DNA from: Amphiscolops sp. MND2022
Taxonomy: Eukaryota
Assembly: GCA_964187785.1 (NCBI GenBank)
Contig: OZ076409.1
Span: 38,070,001 to 38,134,000, forward strand
Length of the DNA: 64,000 nucleotides
Direction of reading: 5' to 3'
Under the pieces are notes generated by a model. That model was not told the origin of the DNA and did no database searches. It saw nothing but the letters and a program-made list of their open reading frames with translations. Shown piece after piece: positions 1 through 11,296 of this stretch. Position numbers and translations under genes: made by a program. Position 1 is the first letter of the stretch; the number at the start of each line of letters is the position of its first letter.

Positions 1-2332
1 CAAATTGTGTTCCACGTCAGCTGTACACTTGGTTGTGACCAAAACAGTGTCTTGATTGAGTAAAAAAGCACATTAGCTAATTTTCATTCAACCCATATAT
101 CGATATGTGAGGTATCATTTTCTGATGTGTAACGTCTAACGGCAACTGATTTTTTAAAAATGAATCCAAAATCACTGTGGGCACTTTCCTCATGCTACTC
201 ACGTGCCATATTATGCAAAACAACATTTTATGTGACTATTGTGATTTAAAAATTGAATTTGGGCACTGAAAAACATGTTTTTTGGGTGAAAAATTGTTTT
301 TCAAAACCCAAAATCTCACGTTGTGAGCACGAAAATTCCAAATTTTTACAGAAGCATGCTAAAGCTAAACTGATGGGTTTTTAGGCGTCACCATAGCTCA
401 CAAAAATTTTTTGACCTTATGGACGGAGACCGTACAGACCGTTGTTCGCGAGCAAATGACCTTTTTGTAAGTCCGAGTCGCCTAAAAAAATGCTATGTAA
501 CCCATGTAAGCACTTTTATCACTCCCTGTAGCAACTGGTGAAAACTTTTTATCACCATTCGGTAGGCCAGTGGCCCACGTTTACTTTCCAAAAGATGACC
601 CATGTTGCTATCTGTACTCTGTCAGGAGATATACATACCCGAAATGTAGTTACGATGTGACAACATAACTCTCTATAACTCTCGGACTCAACTAAAAAAT
701 CGAAATTTTTTCAGACGCACTCTACAAGTCTACTGTTAGGTTTTTGGGCGTCACCATAGCACACTGACACTTTTTGACCGTATGGTCGAAGACCGTACGG
801 ACCGTTGGTGGAGCAGAAATGGTCTTTTTGTGGGTCCGAGTCGTGCAAAAAAATGCTAAATAACCTATCTTGGCATATTATTCACGCCATGCGGCACTTA
901 TTGAAAACTTTTTGTAACCATTCGATAGACCAGTGGCCCACGTTCATTTTCGAAAAGATGACCCATTATGCTATCTATACTCTGGCAGGAGATATGCATA
1001 CCCGAAATGTTGTTACGATGTGACACCATAACTCTCGGACCCACGTAAAAATTCGAAATTTGTTCAGAAGCTTCCTACAAGTGTTCTGATAGGTTTTTGA
1101 GTGCCACCATGTTACACTGACATTTTTTGACCTTATGGTCCGAGACCGTGCAGACCGTTCCTGTGGAGCAAATCACCATTTTGTAACTCCGAGTCAACTT
1201 AAAAAATTCAAAATACCACTTCTGAGAATTTTTTTCTTTCGCAACGGCAACTAGGCTATGTTTTTTGCACTCAATCGTTAGACCGCTGCCCAATGTTCAT
1301 TTTGATAAAGATGACCCACGGTGCTATCTGCGCTCGGTCATGAGAAACATCATCATGAAAAGTTCATACAACGTATGAGATTAACTCGGACCGTCACTCA
1401 AAAAAATTAATTTTTTTCAGAGGTCCCCCAGAGGTTCACCAATGTCATTTTCGGTGTCGCCATAGCTCACTGACATTTTTTGATCCTTATGTCGGAGACC
1501 GTGCGGACCGTTGTTGGCGAGGAATTCACATGTTTGCAAAAATGAGCTGATTTTCAAAAACTCATTCCTCACTATAAGGCATTTTTTGGCACCACCATTG
1601 CCCCAGGCCTACTTTTCGATAGTACCGTGGGTAGACCCCAGCCCGCTGATCTTTTTCATATATATGACCTCCGCTGCTACTGGTGCTGCGTGGTGAGTAA
1701 TTGAACGAATAGTACATAATAAAAAATTTCATCCTAGCTCATCATGCCATACACCCCAAAAAATCGACTTTTTTATTATGTTCCCCCCAGGTGTAAAAAT
1801 TATATTTTTGAATCCCTCATATAAAGCTGACAACTTTTGACTCTATGGTCCGAGACCGTTCGGACCGTTTAACGTGCTCAAATCGACTTATAAGTAAAGG
1901 TGATACTGGTGATACTTCACATTTTGGCATTTTTTGGCACTTTGAGTGCCCCGATTGGCACTTTTTTGGCACCATCATTTGACGCGCCACAATTAACAAC
2001 TTTTTGTTAGTATGCATCATTGGGCTAGCGTGCACCGTGTAAAAGTTATTAAAGAAAAACGTTATATCCGAACAAAAATTCGTTATATCCGAACTTTTGT
2101 CAAAAAAACCATGAAGATGAATTTTGCGGGAAAAACGTCAGCAGGAAAAAGTTCTTAGAATTGCTCGAAGATTACATGTGCAAATTTTCATCCAATTCTA
2201 ACGGCTCAGTTCCAAAATCGGCCTCCCACGTGTACGATTTCTGGTAGATGACGTCGATACTTTATAAAATGAGCTCGGTCCCGGGTCCCTCCCCGGCCTC
2301 GCACAATTTTGTGGGCTAAGGCCGTGACCACC
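1..2332 (+). repeat. Partial long cassette (start outside the window) with at least 5 degenerate internal tandem repeats of about 355 bp
   Basis: The motif TTTTTGACC.TATGG.C.GAGACCGT.C.GACCGTT recurs with its GAGACCGT-like core at about 426, 789, 1142, 1495 and 1852. The unit ends in the common terminal motif GGGTCCCTCCCCGGCCTCGC...GACCACC. Confidence 0.85.
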
Positions 2333-3370
2333 CAGTGGAGGCAAAGGTACAATCACGAGAAAGGCCGTAATGACATTGTAGAGGTAAGCAATGACGTGAA
2401 AATCACACGATAACGACCATCATTTATTTGCTTTGTACAAAAGTTGCTCAAAAGTGTTCTTTCATCAGCAATAATTCATCCTATAACGCACGCGCAAACC
2501 ACCACAGGTGATGTACAGGCCATGCTTGTTTGTTATCACCGTTCTTCCTACGAACTGCTTCGCGGTCCTCCGGAGAACGGTGATGTTATTATTTACAATT
2601 CTTCAACAAAAATGTACTGACACATTCAGTTCCAACAACTGAAGCAACAGTTCAGTATTGTCTAATTTACCTTTTGTGACCTCTGAAACCCCTTTAATTG
2701 TCACCGTAAGTGCAGAGTCACGTCTTTTTTGCGTTCAAAATGTGAAAAAGCATCGAAAAATGAGAAAATCTTTTTTTAAAAAAAAATTCGTCATTTTTAG
2801 AATTTTTGTAGAACTTTTGTAGAACTTTTTATTTTTTTATTTTTTATCCTGGCCAGGTGATGTTGAAAACACATCAACTGCACTGCTACCGCACAAGTAA
2901 ACACCATCTATTCACAAGCTCGGAAGTTATGACGCGATGACCGGAGAATTCACAATTTTCTACTACTTTTTCCCCTTCTATCTCCCAGCCTAGTGTCACC
3001 AGCCTAATGATTTTTGGCATGCAAACACCTGACATCATTTATGCCTCGCATGCAAAGTATCAGCCAATTGTACCCACGTGCTGCAGATATCGCAGCGAAA
3101 AAGTACCGAAACATGGTGAAAAAACCGATCATTTGCTCATAACTTCCCGCCAAGTAATAGGATCGTGTTTGACCAGCAGAACATCATTCGTACATCGGCA
3201 AGATAAGTACACATGCAAAGTTTCGTTACAATCCTACGGTTCAATTCGAAAATCGCCATTTTTTGACAGGTGATCTATAGGTATAAAGTTTGACACGCAA
3301 TACTTGAGCTCGCCGACGGGACCCTCCCCGGCCTCGCACTAAATTATGTGGGGAAATACCCCTGACCACC
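2333..3370 (+). mobile_element. Class A cassette, subtype A1 (1038 bp), putative non-autonomous element
   Basis: Starts CAGTGGAGGC like the A3 units. Has an internal hairpin at 2535-2584 and ends GGGACCCTCCCCGGCCTCGC...GACCACC. Mobility is inferred. Confidence 0.6.
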
Positions 3371-5586
3371 TAGCGATGGAGCGATTTAGAGCACTGCTAG
3401 TAAAAGGCCTAAACTGAACAGCGCAACCTTTGCTAATGGAGTATGAAAAAGAAATATTGAGGCTACCAATTTTTTGTAAGTTATTCTGGGATTGAACGAT
3501 AAATATCATCACCCTGACGAGTGAATGTCTATGGTGACTGCCGTCAACTTAACTCAAGGGATTTTGTGGTTTTTTGCTTTCTAAGCAAGCACCGTTGTTC
3601 CTGCGAGATGCTGCGCAACTCTCGGAACACCGGTGACAATAAATTTTGCTAATCGATTTGCAATCACCTAATCATCACTTTGAGGCATTTTTTGGCACAA
3701 CTTATGCCCTAGGGCTGTTTTGCTTGATACAGAGGGTAAACCCCAGCCCCAAAATCAGTTTCAGGTTTGCTGCAGCTGCTTCCTGTGCTGCATCATATCC
3801 AACTGAAAGTGATACAATTATTTCTCATCCAATCACTCATAATGACATATACCCCAAAAAATCAACTTTTTTCTAAGGACCCCTACAGTTGAACAACCTA
3901 TTTTTTTGGAACCCCCATTGAACGCTGACAATTTTTGCCCTTACAATTTGAGACCGTGCGGACCGTTCCTGCTGCTCAAATCAACAATTTGATCAAAGTG
4001 ATTCATTCAAAAAAATAAATTTGGCACTTTTCGGCACTTTGATTGCCCCCGGGGGGAAATTTTTTTGAACCGTTCGAAAGACCGTTGACCGTTGATGATT
4101 TTCATAAAAGTGCACTTTGCCGCTACGGGCTTTCCTTCATGGTGAAAATGGCCTTTGATTCGGTCATTGATTAATCAAAGATGAAAAAAGATGAAAAAAA
4201 CCAAAAAAACGCAAAAAACCCTACAAAATGAATTTTCCTGGAAAAACGTCAGAGGAAAAAAATTCTTAAATTTTTGAGACAAAGCCACATGCAAAGTTTC
4301 AGACAAATCCTACGGGTGAATTTCGAGATCGGTTAAAATACTTCGCAATCCTGAAGGTAGGAATTGATAGAATGTGCTCGGCTCTCGGGACCCTCCCCGG
4401 CCTCGCAATATTTTCTGATGGGCATCCCCCTTGACCACCAAGCGGTGAAAGCGATGAGTTGGGAACTCTTATAAAGTTTATAAAGTTTAATGCCAAGTAG
4501 AATGTCAAGTTCTAACCTAGCGATGGAGCGATTTAGAGCACTGCTAGTAAAAGGCCTAAACTTAACAGCGCAACCTTTGCTAATGGAGTATGAAAAAGAA
4601 ATATTGAGGCTAGCAATTTTTTGTAAGTTATTCTGGGATTGAACGATAAATATCATCACCCTGACGAGTGAATGTCTATGGTGACTGCCGTCAACTTAAC
4701 TCAAGGGATTTTGTGGTTTTTTGCTTTCTAAGCAAGCACCGTTGTTCCTGCGAGATGCTGCGCAACTCTCGGAACACCGGTGACAATAAATTTTGCTGAT
4801 CGATTTGTAATAACCTAATCATCACTTTGAGGCATTTTTTGGCACAACTTATGCCCTAGGGCTGTTTTGCTCGATACAGAGGGTAAACCCCAGTCCCATA
4901 ATCAGTTTCAAGTTTGCTGCAGCTGCTTCCTGTGCTGCATCATATCCAACTGAAAGTGATACAATTATTTCTCATCCAATCACTCATAATGACATATACC
5001 CCAAAAAATCAACGTTTTTCTGATGACTCCTACAGGTGAACGAATTACATTTTTGGAACCCCCATTGGATGCTGACAATGTTTGACCTTATTGTCCGAGA
5101 CCGTGCGGACCGTTCCGGCTGCTCAAATCATCAATTTGATCAATGTGATTCAGTCAAAAAAATAATTTTGGCACTTTTCGGCACTTTGGTTTCCCCCGGG
5201 GGGAAATTTTTTTGGACCGTTCGAAAGACCGTTGACCGTTGATGATTTTCATAAAAGTGCACTTTGCCGCTACGGGCTTTCCTTCATGGTGAAAATGGCC
5301 TTTGATTTGGTCATTGATTAATCAAAGATGAACAATGATGAAAAAACCAAAAAAACGCAAAAAAACCCTACAAAATGAATTTTCCTGGAAAAACGTCAGC
5401 AGAAAAAAATTCTTAAATTTTTAAGATGAAGCCACATGCAAAGTTTCAGACAAATCCTACGGGTGAATTTCGAGATCGGTTAAAATACTTCGCAATCCTG
5501 AAGGTAGGAATTGATAGAATGTGCTCGGCTCTCGGGACCCTCCCCGGCCTCGCAATATTTTCTGATGGGCATCCCCCTTGACCACC
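3371..5586 (+). mobile_element. Two class A2 cassettes (3371-4439 and 4518-5586, 1069 bp each) separated by a 78-bp mini-unit (4440-4517)
   Basis: Near-identical direct copies starting TAGCGATGGAGCGATTTAGAGC and ending GGGCATCCCCCTTGACCACC. Confidence 0.65.
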
Positions 5587-6856
5587 TAGCGGACAAGTTT
5601 GCGCCCTGTGGCGCTATTTGGCATACGTCGTCGAAGGGCATGCCTCGGCATGCCCACGGACGGTGGGCGTTAGTGAGAGTGTGTGGCGTTGACGTTAGGG
5701 CTGCGATGTAGTAGTAAAGTAAACGTAAACTAAAGGTAAAGTAAGATTCATGATGTCAAACATGATTCGACAAAACTATTGTATTCGTGTGCAATAGCAT
5801 CACTAGCGTCGAAAAAATACAAAATGGGCTCTATAGTACCTGACTTTTAGCGAGTACATTCTCATCTCCCCCACAAGGGGGGAGATGGAATGTACTCAAC
5901 TGTTTTGTGCTATCAGATGAACAAGACGGTATCAAAACTTATCAAAATTGGTCAAAACACTCTGAATGGTGTTGCTCCACTGCACAACGGCAATTTAACA
6001 GCTCTGTGGTTCATTGGACGTATTCTGATTACTTTTAAAAGACTTTTAGGTTTCTTTGATTTTTTCAGCACATACGAAGCTCACACTAAAATTATCATAA
6101 GTCAACGTCAGGTTAAGCTACAGAGTCGTATAATAGCTCATTTTTCTCGTCTATTCAAGCACTTTCCACATGCTATCACTTGCAATCCTAGTTGTGTGGA
6201 ACTTTCTTGACTTTAGGAGGCCTGAATTTGGAAAAAAAATTTTTTGAAATATTTAATTTTGATTAATAAGTCATTAATCTTTTACCCGGGGTTTGCTGGA
6301 ATGCTGAAACTCCGTATTTAGGGCCAAATGGTTTTGCTGGGAGGTAAACCGGCCAGGGGAGGTCTTTAGGAGAGTGTCTGAAAAAAAATCTGGGCAAAAA
6401 ACGGCAGAGATAGACTGGGATTTCAAAAAATTCCAAAAAAATGCCTCAAATTTTCAATTATTTCTCAATCAACTTTTATCCGATTTGGACGAAAATTTGT
6501 ATACGCACTCCTCATGAAGTGCCCAACAATAAATTAGCTAGGCGTTTTTGCGCTGGGTGAATCAGTTACGAGTAATTGTCTCTGAAAAAAAAATTTTCGA
6601 AAAAACGCCATTTTTTGACCAAAAAACTAAGATTTTGACCAACTTTTTGCGTTTTTTGGGCAAAATGCCAGTAGGGATTAGTTCTTAGGATTGTTATAGG
6701 AAGCCGTATGCAAAATTTGAGCAAATTCTGACGGCTAGTTTCCAAAATCACGTTTTTTCCATCTGGATTTGGTAGGAAGCTATCCCGTACTACTGGCCAT
6801 CCGGGGCCCCTCCCCCAATGGCAAAGATTTTGCTGAAAAAAAAATTTCCGGCCACC
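5587..6856 (+). mobile_element. Divergent class B cassette (1270 bp)
   Basis: Has the GGGCATGCCTCGGCATGCCC palindrome (5636-5655), the GAGTACATTC...GAATGTACTC hairpin and the central GCTGAAACTCCGTATTTAGGGCCAAATGG block. The sequence between these blocks is diverged from other B units. Confidence 0.65.
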
Positions 6857-9800
6857 CAGTGGAGGCAGGTACCAACTACCAGTAAGGCCTATTCAGACAA
6901 TACTTGATTGAAACTGAAGTTGGTGCAACTTAAAATTGTAAACTTTAATCGTTTTCATTTCACAACAAACTACCTCAAAAAAGTTATTTTTTCATCTTGA
7001 TAATTCTACCAAGCACCTCATTGGAAGCACATAAGTTGCACAGACTTTTATCGTTTGTCGCCAATCTTCCTCCGAAACGCTTCGCGTTCTCCCGGAACAT
7101 CGGCGATCTTTCTACATGTCATTTACCAACAAACATAGAATTCCAACAACTGAGAAAAGATTGCAGTAATTTGGGATTAAAACTTTAAAAGTGTAATCAT
7201 TAACCAAAAATAAAAATTAAATGTGTCAAATTCCCCTAAAAAGTCAGTGTAAGTGCTCGGGTACCTCGTTTTTGACCTCAAAATGTGAAAAAACATCAAA
7301 AAAGACGAAAAAACCTTTTTTTTGGAATAATTCTAAATTTTTCGAATTTTGGTAGAACTTTTGTAGAACTTTTTTTTGGCCAAAAAAACCAAAATTTGTT
7401 CCTCTTTCGATTAAACATAAAACCATTCATTTTTATCCATAGGCACTACCTATTCCATTGGGCACTTCGGAAGTCATGATAAAAAGTGTCAAAAAATCAC
7501 CTTTTTTGGTGTATATTTTCTATCATATTTCCCGATGTATTAGGACCTGGCCAAAAATTTTTGGCCATCTTGTAGCCCACTTCATTTGTACCTCACACAA
7601 AAAGTTTCGGCCTATTGGCTCCAATGGCTGAGGAGCAGCGACTGAAAAGATGCGAAAAATGGGTGATTTCGACATACATTTGCTCATAACTTCCGTCACA
7701 GGGTATGGAGCGAAAAGTGCCAGTAGGAAAAAGTTCTTACATTTTGATTCTATGTCCGCATGCAAAGTTTGAATAAATTCTAACGGTTCATTTTCGAGAT
7801 CGTCTCCGTAGACCCCCCCCCCCCCCCCAACATGTATATTTTTAGCAGGCTATTCTTCAAGCTCGTCACGGGACCCTACCCGGCCTCGCACTACTCTGTA
7901 AAGGTAAAACACCCGACCACCCAGTGGAGGCTGGTACCAACTACTAGTGAGGCCTCATCAACTACTACTTCAAATAAGAACGTGATGAAGATACGTCTTC
8001 ACTTTAATTTGCATTTGGATTGGTTAATGATTTGCATTGGATTAACTACTTTCAATTAACCATTTTCATCTTGACTAATTTATCCATTCACTTCATTGGG
8101 ACAACAGTGTGTTGCACAGACCTTTATTTGTTGTCGCCGTTCTTCCTTCGAATCGCTTCGCGTTCCTCCGGAACAACGCCGGTGTTGCTATTTGTCAAAA
8201 ATTCCAAAAAGTGATTGAAAATTCAAAGACGTCTGTTAAATGCTTCAGTAGTATATTCATTGAAAAAAAATGTCTCAAAATACTTCAAATAGTCAGCGTA
8301 AGTGCTCAGGTACCTCATTTTTGACCTCAAAATGTGAAAAAACATCAAAAAATACAAAAAAAACTTTTTTTTGGAAAAATTCTAAATTTTTCGAATTTTT
8401 GTAGAACTTTTGTAGAACTTTTTTTCGGCCAAAAAAACCAAAATTTTTTCCTCTTTCGATCAAACATAAAACCATTCATTTTTATCCATAGGCACTACCT
8501 CTTCCATTGGGCACTTCGGAAGTCATGATAAAAAGTGTCAAAAAATCACCTTTTTTGAAGTATATTTCCTATCATATCTCCCGTTGTATTAGGGCCTGGC
8601 CAAAAATTTTTGGCCATCTTGTAGCCCACTTCATTTGTACCTCACACAAAAAGTTTCGGCCTATTGGCTCCAATGGCTGAGGAGCAGCGACTGAAAAGAT
8701 GCGAAAAATGGGTGATTTCGACATACATTTGCTCATAACTTCCGTCACAGGGTATGGAGCGAAAAGTGCCAGTAGGAAAAAGTTCTTACATTTTGATTCT
8801 ATGTCCGCATGCAAAGTTTGAATAAATTCTAACGGTTCATTTTCGAGATCGTCTCCGTAGACCCCCCCCCCCCCCCCAACATGTATATTTTTAGCAGGCT
8901 ATTCTTCAAGCTCGTCACGGGACCCTACCCGGCCTCGCACTACTCTGTAAAGGTAAAACACCCGACCACCCAGTGGAGGCAGGTACCAACTACCAGTAAG
9001 GCCTATTCAGACAATACTTTATCGGAATTGAAGTTGGCGCAACTTACCATTGTAAACTTTAATGGTTTTCATTTAAAAAAAACATAGTTCAACAATTTAT
9101 TTTCTTCATCTTCAATATTCTACCAACCTCCTCATTGGAAGCACATGAGTTGCAAAGACCTTTATTTGTTGTCGCCGTTCTTCCTCCGAATCGCTTCGCG
9201 TTCCTCCGGAACAACGCCGGTGTTGCTATTTGTCATAAATTCCAAAAAGTGATTGAAACTTCAAAGACGTCTGTTAAATGCTTCAGTAGTATATTCATTG
9301 AAAAAAAATGTCTCAAAACACTTCAAATAGTCAGCGTAAGTGCTCAGGTACCTCATTTTTGACCTCAAAATGTGAAAAAAACATCAAAAAATACGAAAAA
9401 AACACTTTTTTTGGAAAAATTCTAAATTTTTCGAATTTTTGTAGAACTTTTGTAGAACTTTTTTTTCGGCCAAAAAAACCAAAATTTTTTCCTCTTTCGA
9501 TCAAACATAAAACCATTCATTTTTATCCATAGGCACTACCTATTCCATTGGGCACTTCGGAAGTCATGATAAAAAGTGTCAAAAAATCACCTTTTTTGGT
9601 GTATATTTTCTATCATATCTCCCGTTGTATTAGGACCTGGCCAAAAATTTTTGGCAATCTTGTAGCCCACTTCATTTGTACCTCACACAAAATGTTTCGG
9701 CCTTTTGGCCCCAATGGCTGAGGAGCAGCGACTGAAAAGATGCGAAAAATGGGTGATTTCGACATACATTTGCTCATAACTTCCGTCACAGGGTATGGAG

Positions 9801-10003
9801 CGAAAAGTGCCATTAGGAAAAAGTTCTTACATTTTGATTCTATGTCCGCATGCAAAGTTTGAATAAATTCTAACGGTTCATTTTCGAGATCGTCTCCGTA
9901 GACCCCCCCCAACATGTATATTTTTAGCAGGCTATTCTTCAAGCTCGTCACGGGACCCTACCCGGCCTCGCACTACTCTATGACGGTAAAACACCCGACC
10001 ACC
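6857..10003 (+). mobile_element. Three class A3 cassettes (6857-7921, 7922-8970, 8971-10003)
   Basis: Direct repeats of 1065, 1049 and 1033 bp. They start CAGTGGAGGC(A/T)GGTACCAAC and end GGGACCCTACCCGGCCTCGC...ACACCCGACCACC. Confidence 0.65.
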
Positions 10004-10045
10004 TAGGCTAACGCGTTAACGCATATCTTGGTATACGTCGTCGAA

Positions 10046-10065
10046 GGGCATGCCTCGGCATGCCC
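10046..10065. promoter_or_regulatory. Near-invariant palindrome GGGCATGCCTCGGCATGCCC (representative of 39 copies); matches the p53-family response element consensus at 19/20
   Basis: Perfect 9-bp inverted repeat. GGGCATGCCT fits RRRCWWGYYY and CGGCATGCCC fits 9/10, with no spacer. The palindrome is seen directly; its function is inferred. Confidence 0.5.
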
Positions 10066-10271
10066 ACGGACGGGGGGCGTTGATAAATATGGGGGCGTTG
10101 ATATAAAAGAATTGTTGTTGTGAGCAACTTGGTATTAAAAGGCACGTGCTGATTTTTCGGCATATCCAGACAGATTACCAAGATATAACTCTATGAAAAT
10201 GTCGGAACCAATATGTAATCCTTATACTGCGTAGCTCGGGAAGGTAAGGGCCGTAGTTCGGTGCTTTTTGC

Positions 10272-10315
10272 GAGTACATTCTCATCTCCCCCGGAAGGGG
10301 GGATGGAATGTACTC
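10272..10315. other. Class B internal 44-nt hairpin GAGTACATTC-TCATCTCCC..GGG(G/A)GATG-GAATGTACTC (representative)
   Basis: Perfect 10-bp outer inverted repeat plus an inner stem. Present in the B units even where the flanks diverge. Confidence 0.85.
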
Positions 10316-11231
10316 AACTGTTTCAAGTTATTTGATGAGAAAAAAATGAATAAATACACAAAATTTTTTTATTATAACAACAAAAAAGTATGTCAAACGA
10401 CAACAAAGGGTGTTGATTGATTGCCAAACTGCCATGAATTACGTTCTGAGCAAACCATATTGCATCTCAATGGCTTTCAGATCAGATAAAGACTCATAAC
10501 GTTTACTATTCACGTGCTTTACACCTCCAAACATCACCTTCAAAACGTCATAAGTCAACGTTGAGCCAAGATAAAAAGACGTTCTAAACGGCATTTTTCT
10601 CCTCTAAACAAGGGCTTTGCACATGCATTCACTTGCTTTACTGGTTTGGGGGTCTTTTCCCCCACTTTGGGGGCCCAAATAACGGAAAAAAAATTTTTTG
10701 AAAATTTTTGAAATTTTCTAAGTCCCACAACTTTTCGCCCGGGAATGCTGGAACGCTGAAACTCCGTATTTAGGGCCAAATGGTTTTGCTGGGAATAAAA
10801 CCGGCCAGGGGAGGCCTTTAGGCGAGTGCATTTTCGAAAAAATGGCAAAGATAAGCTGGACCGTTAGAAAAATGAAACCCCCCCGCTCCGGAAAAACGCT
10901 ATATCTCCTCGAGTTTAAGTCCGATTGAGCTGAAAATTTCACACAGCATTCCTGAGACAGTTTGCAAACTTTCGTCAGCAAGGTTTGGAAGCGCTAGCGT
11001 GCACCCGTGGCGAGATATGAGATGAAATTTAAAAAAAGTTGAAAATTTTACCCCAAAAACCGTTATTTTGGTCAACAAAAAATGTTTAGCGAGCAAAACG
11101 TCAGTAGGGAATCATCTTCACCGTGCCGAGGGGGGTACGTGTGCCAAATTTCAGCCAAATCGTATGGCTAGTTTACGAGATCCCAATTTTTTATGTCGTT
11201 TTCATCGGTTGAAAGACCCGATACCACGGAA

Positions 11232-11296
11232 GCGCGTCAGGGACCCTCCCCAACCGCGCAACTTCCCCCATTGTGTAAAAAAACACCGGCACCTAG
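11232..11296 (+). other. Representative cassette junction (putative recombination or integration site): GCGCG..GGGACCCTCCCC..CGCGC hairpin, about 30 nt, then CACC|TAG
   Basis: The architecture is shared by all three classes. In the junctions I measured, the GGRNCCC motif starts 50-54 nt before the crossover. Confidence 0.75.

Noticed and set aside
7813..9910. Poly-C tract length differences among A3 copies (long at about 7813 and 8862, short at about 9903)
   Set aside because: Ordinary homopolymer slippage or sequencing error; no evidence of function.
10072..10102. Resemblance of GGGGCGTT to kinetoplast minicircle CSB-1, with units of minicircle size
   Set aside because: I did not see CSB-3 (GGGGTTGGTGTA) or the CSB-1/2/3 spacing, and an 8-bp match alone is insufficient.
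11240..11296. Canonical plus-strand Helitron 3' end (hairpin followed by CTAG)
   Set aside because: The TAG/CAG/AAG bases co-segregate with the downstream unit, downstream units do not start with TC, and the hairpin is about 30 nt from the CTAG.
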